The notes beneath the pieces are model-generated. The model had not been told where the DNA came from, made no database searches, and saw only the letters and a program-made list of their open reading frames with translations. A program made the translations under genes and the position numbers. Shown in pieces: positions 10,027 to 18,847 of a stretch of 64,000 nucleotides of DNA; positions within the stretch are counted from its first letter, which is position 1, and every line of letters starts with the position of its first letter. The stretch comes from Syntrophorhabdaceae bacterium (lineage in GTDB: Bacteria > Desulfobacterota > Syntrophorhabdia > Syntrophorhabdales > Syntrophorhabdaceae): NCBI GenBank assembly GCA_963665295.1, contig OY762209.1, forward strand, positions 4,192,001-4,256,000, given 5' to 3'.

Positions 10027-11262
10027 ATGATAACTATCGACGATATATACGAAGCCGGGAGGCGCATAGAACCCTTCATCCATAAGACCCCGCTGATCCA
10101 CTCAAGTTCCCTGAGTAAGGCCACAGGGGCCGAGGTCTTCATAAAAGCGGAAAATCTCCAGAAGACAGGTGCGTTTAAAGTGCGAGGTGCCTTCAACAAG
10201 ATGATAGGTCTCGGGGCGGACAAAGTCATTACCGCCTCCATGGGCAACCATGCCCAGGCGGTTGCCTTCGCAGCAAGGGAAACAGGGGCCAGGGCAAGGA
10301 TTGTCATGCCCGTCATGGTGACCCTGGTAAAAGAAGAAGCCTCGAAGGCTTACGGGGCGGAGGTTATTCTTTATGGAGACAACTTCCGCGAGTCCCTCGA
10401 ATATGCCCTGTCCCAGAACGAATACCTCTTCATCCACCCCTTTGATGACGACCGGATCATCGCCGGACAGGGGACCATAGGTCTTGAGATTATGGAGCAA
10501 ACGCAGGGAATCGATGCGGTGCTCGTGCCCGTGGGCGGAGGAGGTCTTGTCGCGGGAATTGCCCTTGCCGTGAAGGCCATTTCTCCGCAAACGGAGGTCA
10601 TAGGTGTCCAGACCGAGTCGGCCCCCTCGGCGTACAGGTCCTTCTACGAACGCCGGCTCGCCACGATCCCGCCATGCCCCACCATAGCGGACGGCATTGC
10701 GGTAGGAAGGACCGGCGACAGGCCTTTCGAAGTCATAGCCTCCCTGGTGGACGACATGATACTGGTGAAGGAAGACTCCATAGCACTGTCGGTTCTTCTT
10801 TTCATGGAAAGGATGAAACTGGTTGTGGAGGGGGCAGGCGCAGTCCCCCTTGGGGCGCTTCTCTCGCACAAGGAACGCTTCAGAGGAAAACGTGTCGCAC
10901 TCGTTGCAAGCGGCGGAAACATCGATTTTACCATCATCGACCGTATTGTGCGTAAAGGCCTCGTTACCAACGGGAGGATCGCGGTTTTCGAGGTCATTGT
11001 CCACGACCTGCCGGGCAGCCTCCGCGACCTCACGGGGATTATCGCGGCCCACCGGGCGAATATCCTCGACGTGTATCACAACAGACTCGCCGAAAACGTC
11101 CCGGTCGGGAAGACCGAGGTGGCATTTACCGTGGAGGCGCGTTCCAGGGAGAACCTGGAAGAACTGCTTTCAAGTATCAGGGCCGGGGGCTTTGTTGTGA
11201 AGGATGTCGGGTCCCTTCCGGATAACGGCTATCCCCGGGCTCCCGATGGGGAGGGCGGATGA
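10027..11262 (+). CDS. ilvA: Threonine ammonia-lyase (PLP), form with a single C-terminal ACT domain
   Basis: KAENLQKTGAFKVRGA (PLP lysine), ASMGNHAQ, PVGGGGL, SGGNID, ACT motif DLPGSL. Confidence 0.92.
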   Translation: MITIDDIYEAGRRIEPFIHKTPLIHSSSLSKATGAEVFIKAENLQKTGAFKVRGAFNKMIGLGADKVITASMGNHAQAVAFAARETGARARIVMPVMVTLVKEEASKAYGAEVILYGDNFRESLEYALSQNEYLFIHPFDDDRIIAGQGTIGLEIMEQTQGIDAVLVPVGGGGLVAGIALAVKAISPQTEVIGVQTESAPSAYRSFYERRLATIPPCPTIADGIAVGRTGDRPFEVIASLVDDMILVKEDSIALSVLLFMERMKLVVEGAGAVPLGALLSHKERFRGKRVALVASGGNIDFTIIDRIVRKGLVTNGRIAVFEVIVHDLPGSLRDLTGIIAAHRANILDVYHNRLAENVPVGKTEVAFTVEARSRENLEELLSSIRAGGFVVKDVGSLPDNGYPRAPDGEGG

Positions 11263-11633
11263 AGATAACCGAGCGGCAATTTGATGACCTTGTGGAGAAG
11301 GCCATACGGCGAATACCCCCTGAGATCCGGGAACACCTTGAGAACATAATTATCTCCGTGCTCCCTAAACCGTCAAGGGAGATGCTTCGCGAGGCGGGTC
11401 TGCCCGCAGGTGAGACGCTCCTCGGGCTTTTCCAGGGGATTTCGCTTCTGGAGCGCACCGTTTCGTCCCCTCCGCTTTTTCCCGACACCATCTTCCTCTT
11501 CCAACAGCCCCTTCAGGAGATGTGTGCTACAGCCGAAGAACTGGAGGAGGAGATCGAAATCACCGTGGTCCATGAAGTGGCGCACTTCCTGGGGATAACC
11601 GAAGAGCGACTCGCCGAGTTAGGCTACGAATAG
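11259..11633 (+). CDS. Zincin-like metallopeptidase (DUF1025 family)
   Basis: LLGLFQG, PDTIFLFQ, ITVVHEVAHFLG; ATGA overlap with ilvA. Confidence 0.88.
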   Translation: MKITERQFDDLVEKAIRRIPPEIREHLENIIISVLPKPSREMLREAGLPAGETLLGLFQGISLLERTVSSPPLFPDTIFLFQQPLQEMCATAEELEEEIEITVVHEVAHFLGITEERLAELGYE

Positions 11634-11646
11634 GTCATCAAACCGC

Positions 11647-12282
11647 TCACGTGAAGGGAACCCTGCGCTCCAGGGTCTCCGGATAGGGATACTCCATGCG
11701 CCTTGCCGTGGCTCGTGCAACCTCCTCCCCGAAATAACGGGCCACAAGGATTAAGGCGAGGTCTATGCCCGCGGAAATACCCGCCGAGGTGAAAACGTTC
11801 CCGTCTTCTACAACATGGAGGCAGTCCTCGACCACTGTGTCAGGGAAGGATTCTCTCATCCATCCCAGCATGTTCCAGTGGGTTGTTGCGCGACGGCCCT
11901 TGAGGAGTCCCGCCTTCCCGAGGAGCATCGAACCCGTGCACACGGATGTTACCGTTTCAGCCTGGACTGCACGCTCATGGATCCAATTAAGAAGGCGGCC
12001 GTTGGCTATCTCCTTCCGTGTCCCCAATCCGCCCGGGACCATGAGGATGTCGAAGGGTGGACAGTTCTCGACGGTGAACTCAGGCATTACCCGCATTCCG
12101 CCTGTCGTGATTACCATCTCGTCCCTCTCCGCCACAAGCATGACCCTGAAGGGGGAAGCCTCCTCAAGGCGCCTATCCTCGTTGAGGCGAGCCACGGAAA
12201 AGACCTCGAAGGGTCCGCAAAAATCGAGGACCTCCACCTCGTTGAATATAACAATACACACTGTTTTGCGCACCATATGCAA
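11647..12282 (-). CDS. DJ-1/PfpI family protein
   Basis: EVLDFCGPFEVF, VPGG, SVCTGS nucleophile, TSAGISAGID. Confidence 0.9.
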   Translation of the reverse strand: MHMVRKTVCIVIFNEVEVLDFCGPFEVFSVARLNEDRRLEEASPFRVMLVAERDEMVITTGGMRVMPEFTVENCPPFDILMVPGGLGTRKEIANGRLLNWIHERAVQAETVTSVCTGSMLLGKAGLLKGRRATTHWNMLGWMRESFPDTVVEDCLHVVEDGNVFTSAGISAGIDLALILVARYFGEEVARATARRMEYPYPETLERRVPFT

Positions 12283-12287
12283 CTCCT

Positions 12288-13169
12288 TTAGCAGCCCCTT
12301 GGCCGAGCCTTTCTCCCAGGGATTTTCGACTCACACGGGACCCCGGTCTGGCACAAACCGCACCCGTAGATATTCAGACCATATCTTTCCTTGATGTAAG
12401 ATGTGGTTACCGTATCTATGTATTCCTTGCACTTCTCTTTATTGTGCCCTTCTTTGGTAATTGCGCCGGCGGGACAGCGGTCCATACACTTCCCGCACGT
12501 ACCGCCCTGCAAAAAAAGACAGTACTCGTCGTGGTCCCTGTAAGGCCTCATGGTCGCGTCTATATTGACGCGCGCCACCACAGACCCACAGCGAACAGCC
12601 TTTCCCACGGGGGTGATAAGGCCGTCACAAAGCCCAAAAGTCCCGAGACCCGATACATATGCGGCGTGACGCTCAGACCATGTGGATGCCAAACCGTACT
12701 TTTCCGAGATATGCATGGCCCACAACGGGGATAACTGGGGCGCTATCGCCTCATACCCTCGCTGCGTGAGCAGAGAGACCAGGTGCCTGCGTAGTTTCAC
12801 GTTGAATTCCTCTCCTGCCTGTCGCGACCGCGCCCATCGTTCCGCCGGAAACCGCGTCTCCTCGCGGCTGTCCATTTTTGTCGCCCTTGTCTGGGGCAGA
12901 ATCCAGGCAATCACCGTGACCTGCGACGGTGCGACCTCCATATCGGGAAAGCCGGTCCTCAATATGTCAATCGGCTCCCAGTAGAACGTCCCCACATGGG
13001 CTTTGATTTCCGCATACAGAGGGTCCTGCCCCGTAGAGAAACCCACGAGGGGCCGCCCCCAGCCCGGCTCGTTGTTTACGGTGCCGAGATTGTTTTGAGA
13101 AGACGCCGCAAATCCGACAATCTCCTCCCTGATCCACGCCGCCAAATTTGCCTCGCCACTGCTTCTCAT
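12288..13169 (-). CDS. 4Fe-4S protein of the QueG/reductive-dehalogenase-like superfamily
   Basis: WSERHAAYVSGLGTFG, CGKCMDRCP, C...CGLCQTGVPC. Confidence 0.8.
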   Translation of the reverse strand: MRSSGEANLAAWIREEIVGFAASSQNNLGTVNNEPGWGRPLVGFSTGQDPLYAEIKAHVGTFYWEPIDILRTGFPDMEVAPSQVTVIAWILPQTRATKMDSREETRFPAERWARSRQAGEEFNVKLRRHLVSLLTQRGYEAIAPQLSPLWAMHISEKYGLASTWSERHAAYVSGLGTFGLCDGLITPVGKAVRCGSVVARVNIDATMRPYRDHDEYCLFLQGGTCGKCMDRCPAGAITKEGHNKEKCKEYIDTVTTSYIKERYGLNIYGCGLCQTGVPCESKIPGRKARPRGC

Positions 13170-13205
13170 AACATAATCCCTTTTCCTTACCCTCCACCGG
13201 ATTCG

Positions 13206-14018
13206 CTACAGGTAGCGATGAAGCACCTTTCCTCCGGTGATGGTAAGACCGATCCCGAATGAATAACCTTCGCCCACTTCGATGGGTCCCAGGTCGGCCA
13301 CCTCCTCAAAAACGGAAGGCATAAACCGGACATCAGCGTCCCCGGCCCAGGCATCCGCGACTTTCACATCGGTGACCATGCTCATGGTGAGGTCATGCAC
13401 CAGAGGCTTCAGAGGATTTTCGAAATCAGGGAAATGGCGCATCAGATAAAACTTCACAGGGGGCACTTCTTCCTCGGCGATGCGCCTGCTGAATACCAGC
13501 GAGCCCTCTACAATCCTTTCCTCGTGAGAGACGCAGATACCCTTCATTTTCGCGCCTACCTTCTTTCCACCTACCTGAGGCGTCAAATCGTGGAGTTTTG
13601 TTATATGGACGCGGCCGAGTTTCTTGGGAAAACCCTGGATGAACCCCCGCATGAGGGTGAAATCGTTATCGACCCAGATATAAGGAACGTAATATCCGGG
13701 TACGCCCTCAAACTCGCACCGTACCATGACGATACATTCCCGATAGATGGAACGCTCGGGGTTGACAAAGGAGATGTCGGGATTGGAGGCGCTTACGGAA
13801 ACCCATTCCACGAACCAGACGGCTCCTTCCCCCGGGTTCAGACCCATCTCAAGGGGCGGAGGAATCAGGGCCCTCACTTTATCGGGGTCGGCCTTGAATT
13901 TGAGATGCATCACGTCTCCGCCATAATGCCAGGGCGGTGGGTCCATGAGGGACGATCGACCCTCCGGCGATAAAGGCAGCATATATCCCTTGAGCGAAAG
14001 CCTTTCTTTTGAATCCAT
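13206..14018 (-). CDS. Acetoacetate decarboxylase-like (ADC) superfamily protein
   Basis: PPPWHY, YRECIV, IWVDND, RGFIQGFPKK (Schiff-base Lys); RBS GGAGG. Confidence 0.85.
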   Translation of the reverse strand: MDSKERLSLKGYMLPLSPEGRSSLMDPPPWHYGGDVMHLKFKADPDKVRALIPPPLEMGLNPGEGAVWFVEWVSVSASNPDISFVNPERSIYRECIVMVRCEFEGVPGYYVPYIWVDNDFTLMRGFIQGFPKKLGRVHITKLHDLTPQVGGKKVGAKMKGICVSHEERIVEGSLVFSRRIAEEEVPPVKFYLMRHFPDFENPLKPLVHDLTMSMVTDVKVADAWAGDADVRFMPSVFEEVADLGPIEVGEGYSFGIGLTITGGKVLHRYL

Positions 14019-14191
14019 AAAGCCTCCTTTTTTATGTTTTAGGGTCTTTGCGTTCCCCTGTTTCCCGTCCCTGTGAATAACCGGTCGTGCCGATCATTGA
14101 TTGACTTGATACCATCAATAGTTTATTATGTCAAGTAGTTACATATTTGTTACACAGTTTCATTATGTATACTATTGGAGGTTCACAGATC

Positions 14192-14485
14192 GTGAATGAA
14201 TTCTGCCCGGTTACGAGGACGTTAGATATCATTGGCGGAAAATGGACCCTCCTTATTCTGAGGGATCTCTTCGAAGGGACGAAAAGGTTCGGTGAGCTTC
14301 GAAAATCCCTGGAAGGAATAAGTCCCAAGACCCTGTCCGAAAGACTCCGTTACCTGGAGAAAGAAGGGATCGTTGAAAAGAAGATCTACCCGGAGGTCCC
14401 TCCCAAGGTCGAGTATTCATTAACGGAAAGGGGCAGAACGCTCCGCCCCATCCTGATCAGCATGAAGCACTGGGGGAATCTGTAG
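14192..14485 (+). CDS. HxlR/DUF24-family winged-helix regulator with N-terminal Cys
   Basis: GGAGG before GTG 14192; CPVTRTLDIIGGKW, RFGEL, PPKVEYSLT. Confidence 0.9.
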   Translation: MNEFCPVTRTLDIIGGKWTLLILRDLFEGTKRFGELRKSLEGISPKTLSERLRYLEKEGIVEKKIYPEVPPKVEYSLTERGRTLRPILISMKHWGNL

Positions 14486-14555
14486 GACGCAGTCATCAGA
14501 GCGACACCGTCCGACCCGGTCGCGGCGGACTCTTTTCCCGGCAAACTGCACCAAC

Positions 14556-14900
14556 TCATGGCTGTGACCGGAATGTCTCCACCGCCGCTTCGATATCCCT
14601 CAACACCGGGATATCCGTGGAGAGGTCCACCATCTCGAACACCCGTTTTACCGTCTCATTTGCCCCGCATATTACCATCTTCCCTTTTCCTTCCTCTACC
14701 CGGCCCTGGGACTGGTAAAGAACCCTTATCCCTGCGCTGCTTATATATTCCAGATCATGGAAGTCCAATACGAGAAAGCACTGTCCCCTCTCCACCAGGG
14801 CCCTCAATGATTCTGTCAGTCCCGGGGCGGAAACTGCGTCAAGCCTCCCCTTAACCGTCAGGATCAGGATGTGATCTTTAGAATAATTTGTGATTTCCAT
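14556..14900 (-). CDS. STAS anti-sigma-factor antagonist (RsbV/SpoIIAA-like)
   Basis: GRLDAVSA, LEYISSAGIR with phosphorylatable Ser; RBS GAGGAG. Confidence 0.9.
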   Translation of the reverse strand: MEITNYSKDHILILTVKGRLDAVSAPGLTESLRALVERGQCFLVLDFHDLEYISSAGIRVLYQSQGRVEEGKGKMVICGANETVKRVFEMVDLSTDIPVLRDIEAAVETFRSQP

Positions 14901-14985
14901 TCTTCTCTCCTCTCGCAGTGGATCCCCGCCCAAAAAGGCGCTCCACGAACATTATCGGTATTTTCGCAGTTAAGTTTCCCTTTGT

Positions 14986-17076
14986 CTACGCTTTTTCAAC
15001 CATCCCGGGGAAGGCGGCAGGCCCAAGGTACCTCACGCACAGCATGGTAATATCGTCGGATTGTATGGAACCCGCCGAGTGCGCTCTCACTGCGTCAAGG
15101 ACACGATGGGCCATGTCCTCCGGAGAAGTCATCGGGTCGGTCCGTCGCAAGGTAAAGAGGAGCCTTTCCTCGCCGAATAACCTCCCTTCGGAATCCATTG
15201 CCTCCGTGACCCCATCGGTGAACATGAACAAGGCCTGACCTTGGGACAGGACCATGGCCTGACCCTTGAAAGACGTCTCCCTCCTGATGCCGAGCGGCCT
15301 TCCCGGCGTCACGGGCACCGCCATTGCCCCAAGGTCCGGCCCCATCAGGTAAGGAGGATTATGACCTGCGTTTGCGTAATCGAGTTCTCCTGTCTCCACG
15401 TTCAGGACCGCGAGAAAAATCGTGGTAAACATGACGTGGTCATTCTCCTCGCAGAGAACATTGTTAGCCTTCGTGAGGATTTCCGAGGCAAAGGCGGGCC
15501 CCCTCTCGGCCGCGGCAAGGAGCCTGATAACCGTTTTGCTCCTCGCCATAAACAACGCGGCAGGGACTCCTTTATCCGTTACGTCGCCTATCACAAGGCA
15601 CAGGCGGGTATCATCGATGAAGAAAAAGTCGTAGAAATCGCCGCCCACTTCCCGCGCAGGTTCGAGTACCGCGAAAAGCCCGAAGGTCTCCCGGGTCAAC
15701 CCGGGAGGATGGGGGACCATGCTCATCTGTATTTCGTGGGCAATCTTCAATTCACTTTCAATCTTCTCCTTGGCGGCGGTGGTCTCCTTGAGTTTTTCGA
15801 TATACCCGGTGAGCGACCCTATCATAAATGCGAAGGCGTCGGCCAGGCCCGCGATTTCATCCTTCGATTTGCCGGCAAGGCTTTTGATCCCCGCACGGAT
15901 CTCGTCAACCATGTGAAAATCCGTGCGCGAGAGGGACCTCGCATAAAAGCTCAGAAGCTTCAGATTGCCTGTCATCCTGCCCACCAGAAAAAGGGCGAGT
16001 AGGCAGCTTAAAACGATGATGGTAATGGTGAGCACGATCTGCCAGGTGACAATCTTTTTGACCGGAGCATCTATCTCATCCTTGTAAACGGAAGCCACCA
16101 CATACCATCCCAGGGGGGCAAAGTAATCCGCGTACCCTTCCTTCAGGAAGCGATACTCGTTGGGATGGTCGGGTGGTTTGTTCCATAGATAGACAAAGGG
16201 GATTCCCGGGGTTGCGGACGCCCTGACTATGTCGTCATAATGGTTTGTGCCCCTCACGGGGTCCTTGACGCCGGCCACGTTCGTACCCGCCCGCTCGGGG
16301 TGAAGGAGCATCTGTTTCCGGTCGTCAAAAAGATAGAAGTACCCCGTCTTGCCTATGGTTATCCTGCTGAACGTATCTTTCAGGTCTGAGAGCACCCGGG
16401 CGATCTTGACGTCCTCATCCTTTTGGATGTCATCGATGTATACACCGGTTCCCACGATCCAGTTCCACTTCCGGTAAAGTTCTACGTAACTCAATTTCTC
16501 AACAGGCTTGTTCTCGCCCAGCCTTATGTGCCAAAAGGAATCAAACCCGCTTCCACGAGTCCTCGCCGTCTTTATGACGTCCCTTACCACGTATTTTCCC
16601 TTCACATCGCGGTATTGCCAAAGGTCTTTCTTATGGAGACCGGGGTCCGGATGGGAAATGTTCATTCCTTTCTCATCGTAGATGAAGAAGTAATCATTAT
16701 TCCCGAACTTGAATCGCCTCACTGATTCCGCCGCGAACTGTTTCGCCTGATTCTCGGTGAGGACGCCCGCTTCGTAAAGGCGCTCGCAGGAGTCGATATG
16801 CGCAATAACAACGGCTACCAGGTTTCTCAGTTGCTCCTTATATCTGAGCAAGGCGTACTCCCGGTGGTAGACAATGCTCTTGTACTGGTTTTCAATATCG
16901 AGTTTGACAAGAGAAAGTTGGTTTCGCGCCGCGTCCCTGGTCGTCCGACCCACAACCCGGGTGACTTCCGTGCCGGTGAGGGCCATAATCGCCGCAGATG
17001 AAACGACAAGTATGCCCACAATAAGAAGGAGCATTTTCGACCGGAATGAAGTGAACATCCGCGCTCCGAGGATCAA
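14986..17076 (-). CDS. Membrane Cache-HAMP-SpoIIE (RsbU-like PP2C) phosphatase
   Basis: TM, Cache-2-like sensor (DYFFIYD...HP...WNWIVGTGVY), TM, HAMP, AHEIQMSM, VGGDFYD, IGDVTDKG, NAGHNPP, FTDGVTEA, SDDIT. Alternative start ATG 17058. Confidence 0.92.
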   Translation of the reverse strand: MILGARMFTSFRSKMLLLIVGILVVSSAAIMALTGTEVTRVVGRTTRDAARNQLSLVKLDIENQYKSIVYHREYALLRYKEQLRNLVAVVIAHIDSCERLYEAGVLTENQAKQFAAESVRRFKFGNNDYFFIYDEKGMNISHPDPGLHKKDLWQYRDVKGKYVVRDVIKTARTRGSGFDSFWHIRLGENKPVEKLSYVELYRKWNWIVGTGVYIDDIQKDEDVKIARVLSDLKDTFSRITIGKTGYFYLFDDRKQMLLHPERAGTNVAGVKDPVRGTNHYDDIVRASATPGIPFVYLWNKPPDHPNEYRFLKEGYADYFAPLGWYVVASVYKDEIDAPVKKIVTWQIVLTITIIVLSCLLALFLVGRMTGNLKLLSFYARSLSRTDFHMVDEIRAGIKSLAGKSKDEIAGLADAFAFMIGSLTGYIEKLKETTAAKEKIESELKIAHEIQMSMVPHPPGLTRETFGLFAVLEPAREVGGDFYDFFFIDDTRLCLVIGDVTDKGVPAALFMARSKTVIRLLAAAERGPAFASEILTKANNVLCEENDHVMFTTIFLAVLNVETGELDYANAGHNPPYLMGPDLGAMAVPVTPGRPLGIRRETSFKGQAMVLSQGQALFMFTDGVTEAMDSEGRLFGEERLLFTLRRTDPMTSPEDMAHRVLDAVRAHSAGSIQSDDITMLCVRYLGPAAFPGMVEKA

Positions 17077-18788
17077 TGCTCGAAATGAAGGAACAGAACG
17101 TTCATATCCCCTTTCCGTTCCTCGCGGATGCTGTCCGCATACTGCTGAATCATGTAGCCCGAGAGTCTCACCGCCGCCTGCACATCCCTCTTCAGTTCCT
17201 CCTTAGTAGGCCTGGAGGGCGACAGGAGAAGGGCCTGACCGCGGTATGATATGGCGACATCAAGTTTGAATTCATCGAATTCAACCTTCATCCTGATTGA
17301 GGTATCAGCCAAATCTATGAGAGACGCAGCCTCCAGGAATTCGTTCATGGCAGCTATGGCGTTACGGATCACCTCGGGGCGGGCCCCCCAGTTCCTTCCC
17401 TGATTCTCCATAAAATCGAAAATCTTGTCCGACGAATCAGTGCCCGCACCAAGATCCAGAACTGCCTGCTTCGAGATCCCTATCCTGAGGGCGAGGTTGA
17501 GAAGGATCGCGGTGACCGTTGCAAGGGAAAGGGATGAACTGAATATGGGTCTTATCCAGGGATGAACATTGAGATAGAGGTCGGGGACCATGTCCGCGCT
17601 CAGGCCGAAGATTATCGATGCCCCGACCACGAAGGTCTTGCGGGCATCCATCATTCTCGACATCATGATCTGAAATCCGGCAACGATCATGAAACTCACC
17701 GCAAAGATCAGCGTTGCCCCGATGACGGGTTTCGGCATTATAAGAAACACCTCCGCCAATTTGGGGAAGAACGCGAGGAGTATGAAAATACCGCCCGCAG
17801 CGAAGGCGATAATGCGGCTTGTGGCGCCTGTTGCCACGGAGAGACCCACATTCGAGGACGATGTAGATTGTCCATACCCTCCTATTATGCCGGGAATGAG
17901 CCCTCCCAGTCCGTCCGCCAGGATTCCTCGTGCTACCCGCTTCATGTCGGGTCGCTTCCACTCGCTGTCGTTGATCTTCTGGCACGTCACGAGGTCTCCC
18001 ACGGTCTTGAACGTAGAACAAAGTGTGGCTACTCCGAAGGGAATGATAAAGGAGAAATCAAAAGCCCATCCCACGTGGTTCAGTTGGGGAAACGCAAAGA
18101 CAGGAGCCTTCGATATCTTCTCCAGATCACTCCCCGTGAGAATACCGAGCAGGGCAGATGCCAGATATCCCGTTACCATTCCCACCAGGATACAGTAGAG
18201 CTTCATTTTCCCTTTGCTCCACACGCTGAGGATAATGATCACCAGGAAAGTGGTGAGCCCGACCATTATCTCCCTCGGGTGCAGAGAAGAACTGCCTGCC
18301 TCGTAGCCAAAGAAGTTCTTCACCGAAATGGGGATGACCACGATACCCACCATGGCCACCACAACCCCCGTCACCTCGCTCGGGAAGAGGACCCTGAGCC
18401 TGTGCATAACCCTGGAAAAAAGACACTCGATTATCCCCGCCACAGCGGTCATGCCGAAGAGAAGAGGGAGGCCGCCCGCCGCTACGGCAACCTTGGAGGC
18501 ATCGAAGTACGAGGGGCCGCACACCGACGGGCAGAGGAACCCTGAACCCAAGGGACCCTTCTTAAAGGCCTGTATCACCGTAGCCAATCCCCCGGCGATC
18601 ATGGACAGGCTTATGAAACTCCTCGCCGTCTCGGGCGTTATTGAGCTGCCCAGTTGACGGACAATGAGGACAGGAAAGATGATTGCAATGAAGAGTATAA
18701 ACACGTGCTGGAGCCCCAGCACAATAGTCGTAAAAAGGGGAGGCCTGTCATCTACGCCGTAGATCAGGTTTGTCGGTCTCTTGCCCAT
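17073..18788 (-). CDS. NCS2 (uracil/xanthine permease) family protein with C-terminal degenerate RsbW-like HATPase domain
   Basis: LIYGVDDRPP, LGLQH, GILADG, SNVGLSVATG, PKPVIG; about 125 extra C-terminal residues with an HATPase_c_2-like layout. The stop codon overlaps the next gene's TTG. Confidence 0.88.
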   Translation of the reverse strand: MGKRPTNLIYGVDDRPPLFTTIVLGLQHVFILFIAIIFPVLIVRQLGSSITPETARSFISLSMIAGGLATVIQAFKKGPLGSGFLCPSVCGPSYFDASKVAVAAGGLPLLFGMTAVAGIIECLFSRVMHRLRVLFPSEVTGVVVAMVGIVVIPISVKNFFGYEAGSSSLHPREIMVGLTTFLVIIILSVWSKGKMKLYCILVGMVTGYLASALLGILTGSDLEKISKAPVFAFPQLNHVGWAFDFSFIIPFGVATLCSTFKTVGDLVTCQKINDSEWKRPDMKRVARGILADGLGGLIPGIIGGYGQSTSSSNVGLSVATGATSRIIAFAAGGIFILLAFFPKLAEVFLIMPKPVIGATLIFAVSFMIVAGFQIMMSRMMDARKTFVVGASIIFGLSADMVPDLYLNVHPWIRPIFSSSLSLATVTAILLNLALRIGISKQAVLDLGAGTDSSDKIFDFMENQGRNWGARPEVIRNAIAAMNEFLEAASLIDLADTSIRMKVEFDEFKLDVAISYRGQALLLSPSRPTKEELKRDVQAAVRLSGYMIQQYADSIREERKGDMNVLFLHFEH

Positions 18789-18847
18789 GGAGTATTTCTC
18801 CACTACTCTTATCACTATACAGAATCTTTGTCAATCAGCTTCGGGCA

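Noticed and set aside
12288..13169. Calling this gene queG or a reductive dehalogenase
   Set aside because: Only the shared Fe-S/cobalamin-fold motifs are visible; no Tat signal, RdhB anchor gene or QueG-specific motifs recognised.
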